A DNA stretch of 64,000 bases. Origin: Phyllobates terribilis. Its lineage: Eukaryota. The notes beneath the pieces were generated by a model that was not told the DNA's origin, made no database searches, and saw only the letters and a program-made list of their open reading frames with translations. The position numbers were made by a program, and so were the translations under genes. The stretch spans positions 286,192,001 through 286,256,000 of the forward strand of contig NW_027362765.1 in the NCBI RefSeq assembly GCF_046119375.1. Direction: 5' to 3'. The number at the start of each line of letters is the position of its first letter. Positions within the stretch are counted from its first letter, which is position 1. Below, one piece after another: positions 1 to 11,900 of the stretch.

Positions 1-930
1 AGGGAACCTCCGCCATGTTTGACTGTAGGGACCGTGTTCTTTTCTTTGAATGCCTCTTTTTTTTTCCTGTACACTCTATGTTGATGCTTTTTCCCAAAAA
101 GCTCTACTTTTGTCTCATCTGACCAGAGAACATTCTTCAAACTCCAGCCTGGCTTTTTTATGTCTTGGGGTAAGAAGTGGGATCTTCCTGGGTATCCTAC
201 CATACAGTCCCTTTTCATTCAGATGCCGACGGATAGTACGGGTTGACACTGTTGTACCCTCGGACTGCAGGGCAGCTTGAACTTGTTTGGATGTTAGTCG
301 AGGTTCTTTATCCACCATCCGCACAATCTTGCGTTGAAATCTCTCGTCAATTTTTCTTTTCCGTCCACATCTAGGGAGGTTAGCCACAGTGCCATGGGCT
401 TTAAACTTCTTGATGACACTGCGCACGGAAGACACAGGAACATTCAGGTCTTTGGAGATGGACTTGTAGCCTTGAGATTGCTCATGCTTCCTCACAATTT
501 GGTTTCTCAAGTCCTCAGACAGTTCTTTGGTCTTCTTTCTTTTCTCCATGCTCAATGTGGTACACACAAGGACACAGGACAGAGGTTGAGTCAACTTTAA
601 TCCATGTTAATTGGCTGCAAGTGTGATTTAGTTATTGCCAACACCTGATAGGTGTCACAGGTAAGTTACAGGTGCTGTTAATTACACGAATTAGAGAAGC
701 ATCACATGATTTTTCAAAGGGTGCCAATACTTTTGTCCACCCCCTTTTTTAGGTTTGGTGTGGAATTATATCCAATTTGGCTTTAGGACAATTCTTTTGT
801 GTTTTTTCATTGAAGACAAATTAAATGAAGATAATAATACCAACGAATTTGTGATTGCAATCATTTTCAGGAAGAAACGGAGTATTATCTGACAGAATTG
901 CAGGGGTGCCAATACTTTTGGCCACCACTG
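1..930 (-). mobile_element. Tc1/mariner (IR/DR-type) DNA transposon, 5' half, transposase frameshifted; continues off the window start
   Basis: Minus-strand TIR CAGTGGTGGCCAAAAGTATTGGCACCCCTG ends at 930, followed by TA at 931-932. An inner direct repeat lies at about 718-741. The ORF from ATG 549 (MEKRKKTKELSEDLRNQIV...GRKRK...) is a Tc1 paired-HTH N-terminus. After ARLEF a deletion shifts the frame, and NVLWSDETKVELFG follows in another frame. Confidence 0.9.
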
Positions 931-1463
931 TACATGATTTGCAAAAGCAACCCTGTTTAAGAAGATGGCAAAGTTGCAGTTTGCTGCGAAGGAAGAAAGT
1001 TTAATTATTTCTCGACATACATAGAAGGGTGTGACTACAGCGGCGGCCCATCCTGCATCAGATTCATTACCGACAACTAGCTGCTGTCCATGAGAATTTG
1101 TACAGATCTCCCTCTACTGGATGCTTTATGCAACGTTGTGCCAAGTTTCATTTTCATGGAAATGAAAGTATCTCCTGCCACATTCAGTCTACTGAGCTCA
1201 TGAATCCTACCTTACATAAAAGGCGGCACCCTGCATATTTCTATACATATTTAGTTGACTACTGTGCTGCTATTTCATTCGACTTCATTTATACAAAGGT
1301 AAAGGAAAAATTCCACTTATTGTACATGCTCCTTTTTATTTACTTTTATTTACATAACAAAACGTGAACTCAAAATTGCTGATCATAAAATATAACACAG
1401 ATGGGGTATTTTTTTCAGTATTTGTCTTGTCATACAAAATTCTAGGAAGAAAACTTAGTTTAA

Positions 1464-1926
1464 AGGAGTTGTCCACTACTTGGACAACCCCTTCTTAATC
1501 ACTATGTTTCCCCCAAGTAAAATAATAACACCTATACTCGCCTCCGGTGCCAACATCGTTCCAGCAGTGTCTGCACTGGCTCCCCCAGGGATGACGTGAC
1601 ATTGTTATATCAAGTGATCCCTGTGGCTAATCAGCGGCCGCTTCACTGTCTTCTCCTTTGGACATATTTGAAATTCGGACGAAATGAGAGCTCTGGCTGC
1701 TCTCTCACTTCCTTCGGCTGTCTGATTTGTCCGAAGGAGGGAAGAGTGAAGAAGCCGCTGATTGTTATGCCATGTGAGCCCTCCAGCCAATATGTCAGCC
1801 ACAGGAAAGCCAGTGCCGATACCGCTGGAACGGTGTCGGTACCGGAGGTGAATATAGGTGTTATTATTTTATATGGAGGAAACATACTGATTGAGAAGGG
1901 GTTATCCGAGTAGTGGATAACCCCCT
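1464..1926. mobile_element. T2/Kolobok-type MITE (TTAA target, AGG..CCT termini)
   Basis: TTAA at 1460-1463. The imperfect ~31-bp TIR AGGAGTTGTCCACTACTTGGACAACCCCTTC is mirrored at about 1895-1926, with further internal inverted arms (about 1520-1580 vs 1809-1869). The right-hand TSD is degenerate. Confidence 0.7.
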
Positions 1927-2511
1927 ACAACTTTCTACACAGAATTTAGGACAATATATGCAACATGTGCAGGGCAATTAAAGGGATTGTCCTCTACTAG
2001 GATATTGATGATTGGAGCAGTGGTGTTCTGCTTCGTACACTGTTTACATTCGGCCATGGTGAGAGCATGTAACATAGTAACAGCTGATCACTGGGGGTGT
2101 CTGGTCGTGGACCCTAACAATCTTATGCTGATCATCTGGTATATGCGAGTAGAGCAGGCTGCCAATCAAAGTGCAGGGGATTGATTACAAACATTGGCCA
2201 TTTTTGATTGCCCCTTCATCTGAAGAAGCTTACAAAAATGTGGATTATTGACCATTATGCCTGTCTGAGATCCCCTGCTAGGTCACGTAACTTTAAATAC
2301 TATCAGTAACCAGAAATTTTAGGATGGAATAGTCTAGAATTGTTCTACTACATGCTACAAGCGGAAATCCCCTACACAAGTCAGTGGTATGTATCAGCCC
2401 TATGACATATGCTGGGTTGGGAGGCACAGCGAGTAAATACAACTTGCTCTTCCTGTTTCAGCCTGGTCTTACTTCTGGTACGGTGCAATCCCTCCCTCCG
2501 CCTAGTGGTTC

Positions 2512-2525
2512 AGTTTCCATTTCAC
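2512..2525 (+). promoter_or_regulatory. Interferon-stimulated response element (ISRE) in the proximal promoter of the unnamed gene
   Basis: AGTTTCCATTTCAC is an exact match to the AGTTTCNNTTTCNC consensus. It is flanked by a GC-box-like CCTCCCTCCGCC (2491-2502) and an ETS core ACTTCCTG (about 2546-2553), and lies under 80 bp upstream of a GTAAGA donor at 2602 that closes a non-coding first exon. Confidence 0.6.
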
Positions 2526-2925
2526 ATTAAGTGCATTCACTTACTGACTTCCTGACTTGGAAGGAATACCGGTGAACGAAGATTTGCAGACTATAGTGAA
2601 GGTAAGACTCACAGACCCTTGACTTTGAATGTCAAGTTAGATAACTCAGGCAAACAAGGTCTTCCGTGACTTCCCCAAATTTTTTAGATGAGCTTCATAA
2701 GTATTTTTTTGCGGGCGTGCATTAAAAGAATCACATATAGAGCTATCCGATTGATTAATAGTATGCACATTAATAAGTCTGGACACTTTCATATGAGATT
2801 GTGATTTATGCAAAGGTGGATTTTGTTTGTACTGGGAATAAAAGGGCTTGAATTTTATATAGAGGTACATTATCCTGAATGTGCTGCTGAAATTCTTCAT
2901 CAGGTATAACCCATAGTTGACAACT

Positions 2926-5900
2926 ATGAACCGCTGTGATTCAGAGTCAGAACCTATGGATGTGGAGGAGTCAAATCAGAACATACAGGACAATGTAAGT
3001 AAAATCTTCTGGATGTAAAGTAGGTTAAAGTTCTGCCATTTTGTAAATATTAGGCAAATGCTTTAAGTTATACAATGTATAACAGATATAACATTGGAAA
3101 AAAACTATACAAAAAGCTTGAACAGATGTGATGGAAGGTGTTTGACATACTTTTGCCCATACAGTGTGTATTATAATATTCCCATGACTTTATATATCTA
3201 CAATACCAGCATGTGTAATAAACTCATGGAAATATTATAAATCCCAGAAGAGTTTTATTATCATAAAGATGTACTGCACCCATGATGGTAAAAAACAATG
3301 CAGAAGATATAAACATGCATGTTCCCTGGATGTTAAAGGACAGTAAGTTCAGTAACCTCTACGACGTCATGCACTTGTATGTCCATCGTCTGATTAGGAC
3401 AAATTTATATCTTCTGATAGTAAACAATTAAGGTTCTCGTTCAATGACCACAAACAGAGGTTTAGCAAAACAATAAGTAATAAAGTGTGTGATAAAACGC
3501 TACTACATTTTATTAAGCAATGAATAAGCTTTATTTCCCAATACAAGAAAACCCCTGGAATATAAAACATACAGGTAGAGCTTACATTTCATGTGCTACT
3601 TCATTATTTAGTTTGGTAATTATGTTTTGTTTTACTTAGTAATAGAGCCATTGTTCAGATGTGGTGTGTATTTTGAATGAGGATCAGACTCTGTTCACAC
3701 CAACAATGCCTGATGGGCCCCATTGTCTATAATGGATTCTATTGGGTTTCCATCATATTGCATGTTATTTTACCTGGCATGTTGTGATATTTGTCCTGGT
3801 AAAAACAACAACATTTGTGACAAAGACTCCAAACGCAGCAGTCAGTGCATCCATAAACAGAACTTCACTTTGTTATAATACAACCCTGGACATATCAGAA
3901 CAACTATTATTATTAGGATTATTAGTTGTGTTTCTGTTACTCTCATTTCAGTTCAATAGAAACAGTATGAATATTGATAGAACCATCTCACCCTTGTGGC
4001 GGCTGCACAAACTTTAGGATTTTAATGATGTTTTCAGGATTACTTAAACAGTTGCAGAACAGACTAAAACCGTAATATAACAAACATAGGCATCTCCTTC
4101 AAGGGGGTCCGAAGTCCAACTAAATCCCTATGTATTAGAAAAGAGCTTAGTGCAGATCGCACAGTGCACAGCTCGCAGGGAGGGACACAGCAGGGACAAG
4201 CACAGCCCCTGAAACGAGTGTCACTAATGAAACTTCGTTTCAAGTAGGGGTCAGGGGCTGTGGCAGTGACCTAAGCCTCTGCCCCCTGCTCTGATGACGC
4301 TTCGTTTCAAGTAGGTGTCAGGGGCTGTGGCATTGACCTAAGCCTCTGCCCCCTGCTCTGATGATGCTTCGTTTCAAGTAGGGGTCAGGGGCTGTGGCAG
4401 TCATCTAAGCCTCTGCCCCCTTTTCTGATGACGCTTCGTTTCATCTAGGCGTCTGGGGCTGTGGCAGTGACCTAAGTCACTGCCCCCTGCTCTGATGATG
4501 CTTCGTTTCAAGTAGGGGTCAGGGGCTGTGGCAGTGATCTAAGCCTCTGCCCCCTGCTCTGATGACGTTTCGTTTCAAGTAGGTGTCAGGGGCTGTGGCA
4601 GTGACCTAAGCCTCTGCCCCCTGCTCTGATGATGCTTCGTTTCAAGTAGGGGTCAGGGGCTGTGGCACTGACCTAAGCCTCTGCCCGCTGCTCTGATGAT
4701 GCTTCGTTTCAAGTAGGGGTCAGGGGCTGTGGCAGTCATCTAAGCCTCTGCCCCCTTTTTTGATGACGCTTCGTTTCATCTAGGCGTCTGGGGCTGTGGC
4801 AGTGACCTAAGTCACTGACCCCTGCTCTGATGATGCTTCGTTTCAAGTAGGGGTCAGGGGCTGTGGCAGTGATCTAAGCCTCTGCCCCCTGCTCTGATGA
4901 TGCTTCGTTTCAAGTAGGGGTCAGGGGCTGTGGCAGTGACCTAAGCCTCTGCCCCCTGCTCTGATGATGCTTCGTTTCAAGTAGGGGTCAGGGGCTGTGG
5001 CAGTGACCTAAGCCTCTGCCCCCTGCTCTGATGACGCTTCGTTTCAAGTAGGGGTCAGGGGCTGTGGCAGTGACCTAAGCCTCTGCCCCCTGCTCTGATG
5101 ACGCTTCGTTTCAAGTAGGTGTCAGGGGCTGTGGCAGTGACCTAAGCCTCTGCCCCCTGCTCTGATGATGCTTCGTTTCAAGTAGGTGTCAGGGGCTGTG
5201 GCAGTGACCTAAGCCTCTGCCCCCTGCTCTGATGACGCTTCGTTTCAAGTAGGGGTCAGGGGCTGTGGCAGTGACCTAAGCCTCTGCCCCCTGGTCTGAT
5301 GATGCTTTGTTTCAAGTAGGTGTCAAGGACTGTGGCAGTGGCCTAAGCCTCTGCCCCTTGATCTGATGACGCTTCGTTTCAAGTAGGGGTCAGGGGCTGT
5401 GGCAGTGACCTAAGCCTCAGCCCCCAGCTCTGATGACGCTTTGTTTCAAGTAGGTGTCAGGGGCTGTGGCAGTGACCTAAGCCTCTGCCCCCTGCTCTGA
5501 TGACGCTTCGTTTCAAGTAGGTCTCAGGGGCTGTGGCAGTGACCTAAGCCTCTGCCCCCTGCTCTGATGACGCTTCGTTTCAAGTAGGTCTCAGGGGCTG
5601 TGGCAGTGACCTAAGCCTCTGCCCCCTGCTCTGATGATGCTTCGTTTGAGTATCCCAGGATGCACTGGGATTCTCAAACGAAGCATTATCACAGGAAACA
5701 GGAGAAAAAATATAATAATTAGAAAGTGTAGTTAGGGAATGGTAGGGAATTTTTAATACAAGTATAATAGAAAATAGCTTAGATTATGGCATTAAATAGA
5801 TAGGGATATAGAATGAAATTTAGATTGACTTTCGACTGCCCCTTTAACACTAAAAAGGAAAGTCATTCCCCCTCCTCCTTTGCCCCAGCAATGTAAGGCA

Positions 5901-8900
5901 CATCAGAGAAGTGTGGTGGCTACTCACAGGTCACTACAGTCAGTCACATACATACATGTGATTGGCTGCAGTGCTCATGTAACTTCTTCAAGGGATTTTC
6001 CAGGACCTTGATATTGATTTCCTGTTCTTAGGATAGGATATCAAAACCAGATCAGTGGTCTGAATTCTGGCATCCCCATCAGTCAGTTGATTGAAGGGGC
6101 TTGACAGCCCCTGATGCAATTGTAGATCACCCTTACAATGCGAGTAGATCGCCATATTTGTCATTTTGCTGTTTTAGGCATCTTTGCAGTTGCTTAGGTA
6201 ATCCTGGAGACCTCTTCAATTCTATGCCAGGGGGAGCAATACCCTTAATGATGTATGTGCAGACGGTCTGGAGCCGCTGCAGGTTTGACATTGCGTGTTA
6301 TGCAGCGTCAAACCCGCAACAGCCAGATGTTACAGCATAGTGGATGGGATTTCTAGAAATCCCATGTCCACTATGCGTATCTGGGCACCTGCGGCTCACC
6401 TGCAGAAACTGCCATGCAGCACGTCTTTCAGACCCGCAGCATGTCAATTTCTCTTGCGGGTCCGCATGTGGACTTTCCCCATAGACCTAACCTCTATGAG
6501 GAAAAAAAAAATATGGCGCTGCTCATTTGCATAATGATCGGAAGCCACGCGGCTGTTCCACAGCCTTGGGGCCGCAGGCGGCTTCTGACCGTCCGCACAT
6601 ACCCTAATATGTAGCTCCAATTTATGTTCCTGCTAATCCTTTGTAGATAGTGGTCGATAGTGGACAGGGCAGATTGGGACGTGTTACCTCTAAACTGACC
6701 AAGATAAGCAATTCATAAATATTGCCAATTAGTGCGGTATAGCAGTCAGATACAAAGTGGCATATAGCATCTAGATCATGGATCAGTAATATCTGGCACT
6801 AATGCCACATGGGTCATGTTTACCCAGCACACTGGATAGTGAGCAAATACAACAAAAAAGGATGGTGGCCATTGATCTAGATCAGTGGTCCCCAACCTTT
6901 TTTGCACCAGGGACCGGCTTGAAGCAAGATCATTTTTCCATGGCCCAGCAAGGAGGGGGTGGAGTGGGCGGGGCTTTGGTCATATGGGGGCGGGGTAATG
7001 GAGGGATTTGGAGTTTAGTGCATACTTATCATATAGTGTAGACCAGGTCCCCGCCAGGAGCTATGCCAGGAGCCCCACATAATGTGCTGTGCCAGGAGCC
7101 GCATCACTGAGGCCCCATCACGCCCTGCAGCAGGACAGGGCAGCTGTCCTGACAGCTGCTGTTCAGCTGCATTTACTTCATCCCAGGGGAGGACACAGAC
7201 TGTAGTGGGCCCCTGTGCAAGAAATTTTTTGGGGCCCCCCCCGCCCTTCATAAGGCAACAAAGTTATGTAAACATAACCCCCCCATGTGCATCTCTCACC
7301 CCCCCATGTGCAGCTCACCCCCGTGCATCTCTCATCCCCCTCCGTGCATCTCTCACCCCCCCGTGCATCTCTCATCCACCCCCCGTGCATCTCTCATCCC
7401 CTCCGTGCATCTCTCATCCACTCCCCGTGCATCTCTCATCCCCTCCGTGCATCTCTCATCCCCCCCGTGCATCTCTCATCCACCCCCCATGCATCTCTCA
7501 TCCACCCCCCGTGCATCTCTCATCCACCCCCCGTGCATCTCTCATCCACCCCCCGTGCATCTCTCATCCACCCCCCGTGCATCTCTCATCCCCCCCGTGC
7601 ATCTCTCATCTCTCCCCTCCCTCCCATGTGCATCTCTCCCCTCCCCCCATGTGCATCTCTCCCCTCCCCCCATGTGCATCTCTCATCTCTCCCCTCCCCC
7701 CATGTGGATCTCTCATCTCTCCCCTCCCCCATGTGCATCTCTCATCTCTCCCCTCCCCCATGTGCATCTCTCATCTCTCCCCTCCCCCCCATGTGGATCT
7801 CTCATCTCTCCCCTCCCCCATGTGCATCTCTCATCTCTCCCCTCCCCCCCATGTGGATCTCTCATCTCTCCCCTCCCCCATGTGCATCTCTCATCTCTCC
7901 CCTCCCCCCCATGTGGATCTCTCATCTCTCCCCTCCCCCATGTGCATCTCTCATCTCTCCCCTCCCCCTCATGTGGATCTCTCATCTCTCCCCTCCCCCA
8001 TGTGCATCTCTCATCTCTCCCCTCCCCCCATGTGCATCTCCCATTCCCCCCACTCCTAGTTAATTGTATTTAAAAAAAAATAAAACTTGTTATACTTACC
8101 CCCATGCGATCCCTGCAGAATCCTGGCGCTCGTCCAAATCGCTGACACCAGGTTCTCCTGACTTCCGGCCATGTGACGGCGCCGTCACATGACCGGAAGT
8201 CAGGGGAATCATGAAGGTGCTGCCGCAGCAGCGCAGCGCTAAGATGTCCCGGACCCGGTGCTTAGCATGCGGCCGGGGGCCCCATGAGGAGAGAGACGCA
8301 CAAGAGGGGGGCTCCGAGGGGGCTCCTACCGGCCGGGCCCCATACTGGAGTCAGGGCAGTCATGCCCTGATGGCAGCCCTGCTGGAGGCTGGAGGGGCCC
8401 CCTCTCCCCGCGGACCGGCTGAAAAACCCCAACGGCCCGGTCCTGGTCCACGGACCGGCGGTTGGGGACCTCTGATCTAGATTGTATGATACTATAACTT
8501 AGTTTAGATAAAATCCTATCAGGGCACATACACATCATAGAGAATGGTCCCATTTTGACAGGTAGTGAATCTCCATGTAATACCCATACATATTTGATTT
8601 GGAAAAATTTGCAGTAAGTGTATGTGAGTTTATGTTAGACATAGTAAAACCAAGCCCATATGTTCTATAAGTGACTGTCCTTTGTTCTCCTTCAAAGCAG
8701 AATAACTGTATGGACAACGAAAAGATGGAGAAGAAAAAGTAAGTTTTCTTTGTAAATAAAATTATAACTAGTGGGCAATCCTATGGATCAGAGCAACAAG
8801 GGTTAAATTGTGTTGACTTTTACCGATGCAGTTGTTAGTAAGGAAGAACACACTATGAACTGGGGACTGGGTTATGGGTGCCCAAGGTTTATTGAGACAC

Positions 8901-11900
8901 ATGAGACTCATGGAAAGTGAAGGCTAGCCCATCTTGTAAACATTAAAGGGGTTGTCCAGTGAAAACAAATGATCACATATTTTTTATCACTGTTAAAATG
9001 ACGTGGCAGTGCGCATGCTCAATCGCTGCTCCATTCATTCCCTATGATATTTTTCCCAGCAGTTCCATAGGGAATGAATGGAGTGGCAGCAGGACATAAA
9101 AGTGCCCCGTCAAGGATAAAAATTCCCCATTCTGCTAATCAGTGCGGGTCCCAGCAGTCAAACCCTGGCGATCATTAAAGAAGCACTCCTCCCATCAAAG
9201 TTTTTATCGTCTTAGTATATTGTAATCATCATATTATATAGCATTGTGTAGTTACAATTGCTCATTTTGCCTTTCTACTCAGCTAATTCTTCTCTTTTGT
9301 CTGGTCTATGTAGAAACAGGAAGTCTCTTGTCCCTGCCTTTATCATTTCCCTCTTCAGCTCCTGACCAAGCTGCTCCACTCCTCCCCCTGCCAGGAACCT
9401 TTGCAGTGACGTATGACTCATACAGGGAAAATTGACCTCCTGTTTCTACAAAGAGCTTAAAAGGATTCAGCTAATCAGTTTTTAATCACATGATGTCATA
9501 GACCTAAAGGAAGACAGAAGGATTAGCTTTGTAGAAGGGCAATATGAGCTGTTGTAAGTACACAGTGCTATATAATATGGTGACTGCAATATATTAAGGG
9601 GATAACAATTTTGACCGGAGTGCTTCTTTAAGATATCATCTATCCTTTGGATAGGTGATAAATTATTTTCACTGGATGGCCCCTTTAGCGATGCATGTGA
9701 TTCAATGGCGTCAACACAGAGGGCATTGCAGTTTGATGTGTATGGGGCTGTGAAGCTTTACCTTGTACAATGAATAGGCTTTATTCACTGAAACTGGAAA
9801 ACATAGTTAAAGCTATTAAAGAGGTTGCCCTTTTCAGAAAATTTTGGGTGTGAGCTTTAGTTGTAAAAATAACCCTCCCCCCTTGGGTTCAGCACCCTGA
9901 CCGTCACTGCCCTGGTCTCTGTTTGTCTGCACATCTCTGCAGCTCTGGCAAATTAGAGGACACAAGCTGCTGAGCTCACCGATTGGCTGCAGAGCTGTTA
10001 AAGTGACGTCAGTGCTGCAGACAAACAGGAATCGAGGGCAGTGATGGACAGTACACTGGACCCGGGGAGGAAAAGTAATACTCAGTTTGTTTTTGTTTTT
10101 TTTATCTATTGAAGCTTATAGACAAAAGTTTTTGGAAAGGGAACAACCCCTTTAAGGAGGGGCTCAGCATAGTAGTCACCATTTATGACACTGCAGAGAA
10201 GGGATCAAGTCAGTGTAATCTAAAATATGACTTTTCTCCTCCAGTAAACGCAGAGTGAACAGAGAAAAACAAAGAGAAAACTTAGTGACAAGTGGAAACC
10301 TCTTCATTATCGCCTTTAAGAATCTGCTGCAGAAGGAGAAGGCTACTAAAGAAGTCACGCTTCACTACTTCGAACGGGTACGTGTAATAATATTATGAAT
10401 CTTGGGATATATTAATGGTTAGAAAAAATACTAAACCTCATCTTAATAGAATCATTTATAAGATAATATGGCTGGTAAAAGTAGAAGTGTCATCTATAAC
10501 AACCAATAAGATTCCAACTTTTGGTGAAAGCTGTGATTTGATTGGTTGGTACTGAAAATACTTCCTATTTAAGTGGATTTTATTAAAAAGCTATGTTTTA
10601 TGTATGTATCTTTATGAACAGTAAGACTTGTGAAATCATACAACGTATGCATGCTGTACCATTTATTTGTTCATTTCTCTCACCAGTTCCTGCATTCCAT
10701 CTTCTTTATTGGACATATTAGCATCCCACCAGTCACACCTAGTGAATTCCTTCCTGACGAGAAGATTGACCTATTTAGACGTATTGTACCAAAAGCTTTC
10801 AATGAGTACAACACCCACCTCCCTTATTACACCCCGTACTCCATTTTCCTAGAATATGTAAGTGTGCTTCTTTCATCACTGCTACATCCTTATTTCCTAG
10901 TGTTATAGAATGACTACTACTGCCGGACACAGAGCAGTATTACTCATACATAGCCATATAACGAGCGAAAGCTTTGGACAGTCTTTACTTGTTAGAAAGG
11001 TCCTTCTGTTGGGACCCCCAGGTAACTGCTCTGCACTCTATGAAAAAGATGAGGATCTTTTAACTTAGAATTCTCTAACTAGGCATATGAAAATAGTTTG
11101 TTTCTCCAAACTAGACAAACCCATTAACCATTTCTACAAAATGCATAGCTTAAAAGGTTTCAAGTAACTGAAACCTACCTGGTGGTTACATTTCTACTGA
11201 TAAAATCCAGAGTGCCATTTATTAGATTGCATAATGATAGTTTTCACCTTCTGCTGGTGAAAATTTAACAATTATAGCAATCTCATACAATTTATGTAAA
11301 ATGTAAATTGTAGAAAAGATCATTGTTTGGGATGTTAACACTTGTAAGGAAATCAAAATTACAATTTTAAAACATCCACTCACACACCCATCACCCATAT
11401 AAAGGGTGGGGGGGGGGGTATTATTCTGAATGAACACAAATACAGCTTCTATAGGAGGCAAGTGACAGTTACCGGAAGTGTGCGAGTATGGTTCATCAGG
11501 GAAAAAATCTCCAGCGAAGAAAAGTTAAAAACTTGGATCTTCCTTTATTAGACAAAGATTAAAAATGGTTCAAAAACATGTAGAATTAACCACCAGCTAG
11601 TAATCCCAGTAACGCGTTTCGACTCAATAAGTCTTAACCCCTTTACGACCTTGTCAGTAATAGTCCGTAGCTGCGCCCTGGGCCTATAGGGACAGCTACG
11701 TACTATTACGCGCGATCTTAAATGCGGTCCCGCGACCAAAATCGCGGTGACCGCTGTGAGGTAGCGCGATTGATCATGTTGAGGGGCACTCACGTCACCG
11801 GGTCAATTAAAGCACATATGCAACGTTTTCCGGTAATCTAAAGTCCAGCAGTTTATTACACATCATAAACTGCTTATAACATAGTCCATTTCAGTGGCTC

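Noticed and set aside
4232-5648. Regular repeat array as a possible CRISPR
   Set aside because: Units are contiguous 67-bp tandem copies with no unique spacers, there are no cas genes, and the context is a vertebrate intron.
7082-8073. Long Pro/His/Ser-rich ORFs (325, 262 and 258 aa)
   Set aside because: Open in all three frames because the C-rich minisatellite lacks stop codons; no splice or domain support.
11493-11499. Minus-strand CTGATGA as a hammerhead core
   Set aside because: Not followed by a stem II and GAAA; it lies at the distal junction of the arm, far from the GAAACGCGT motif.
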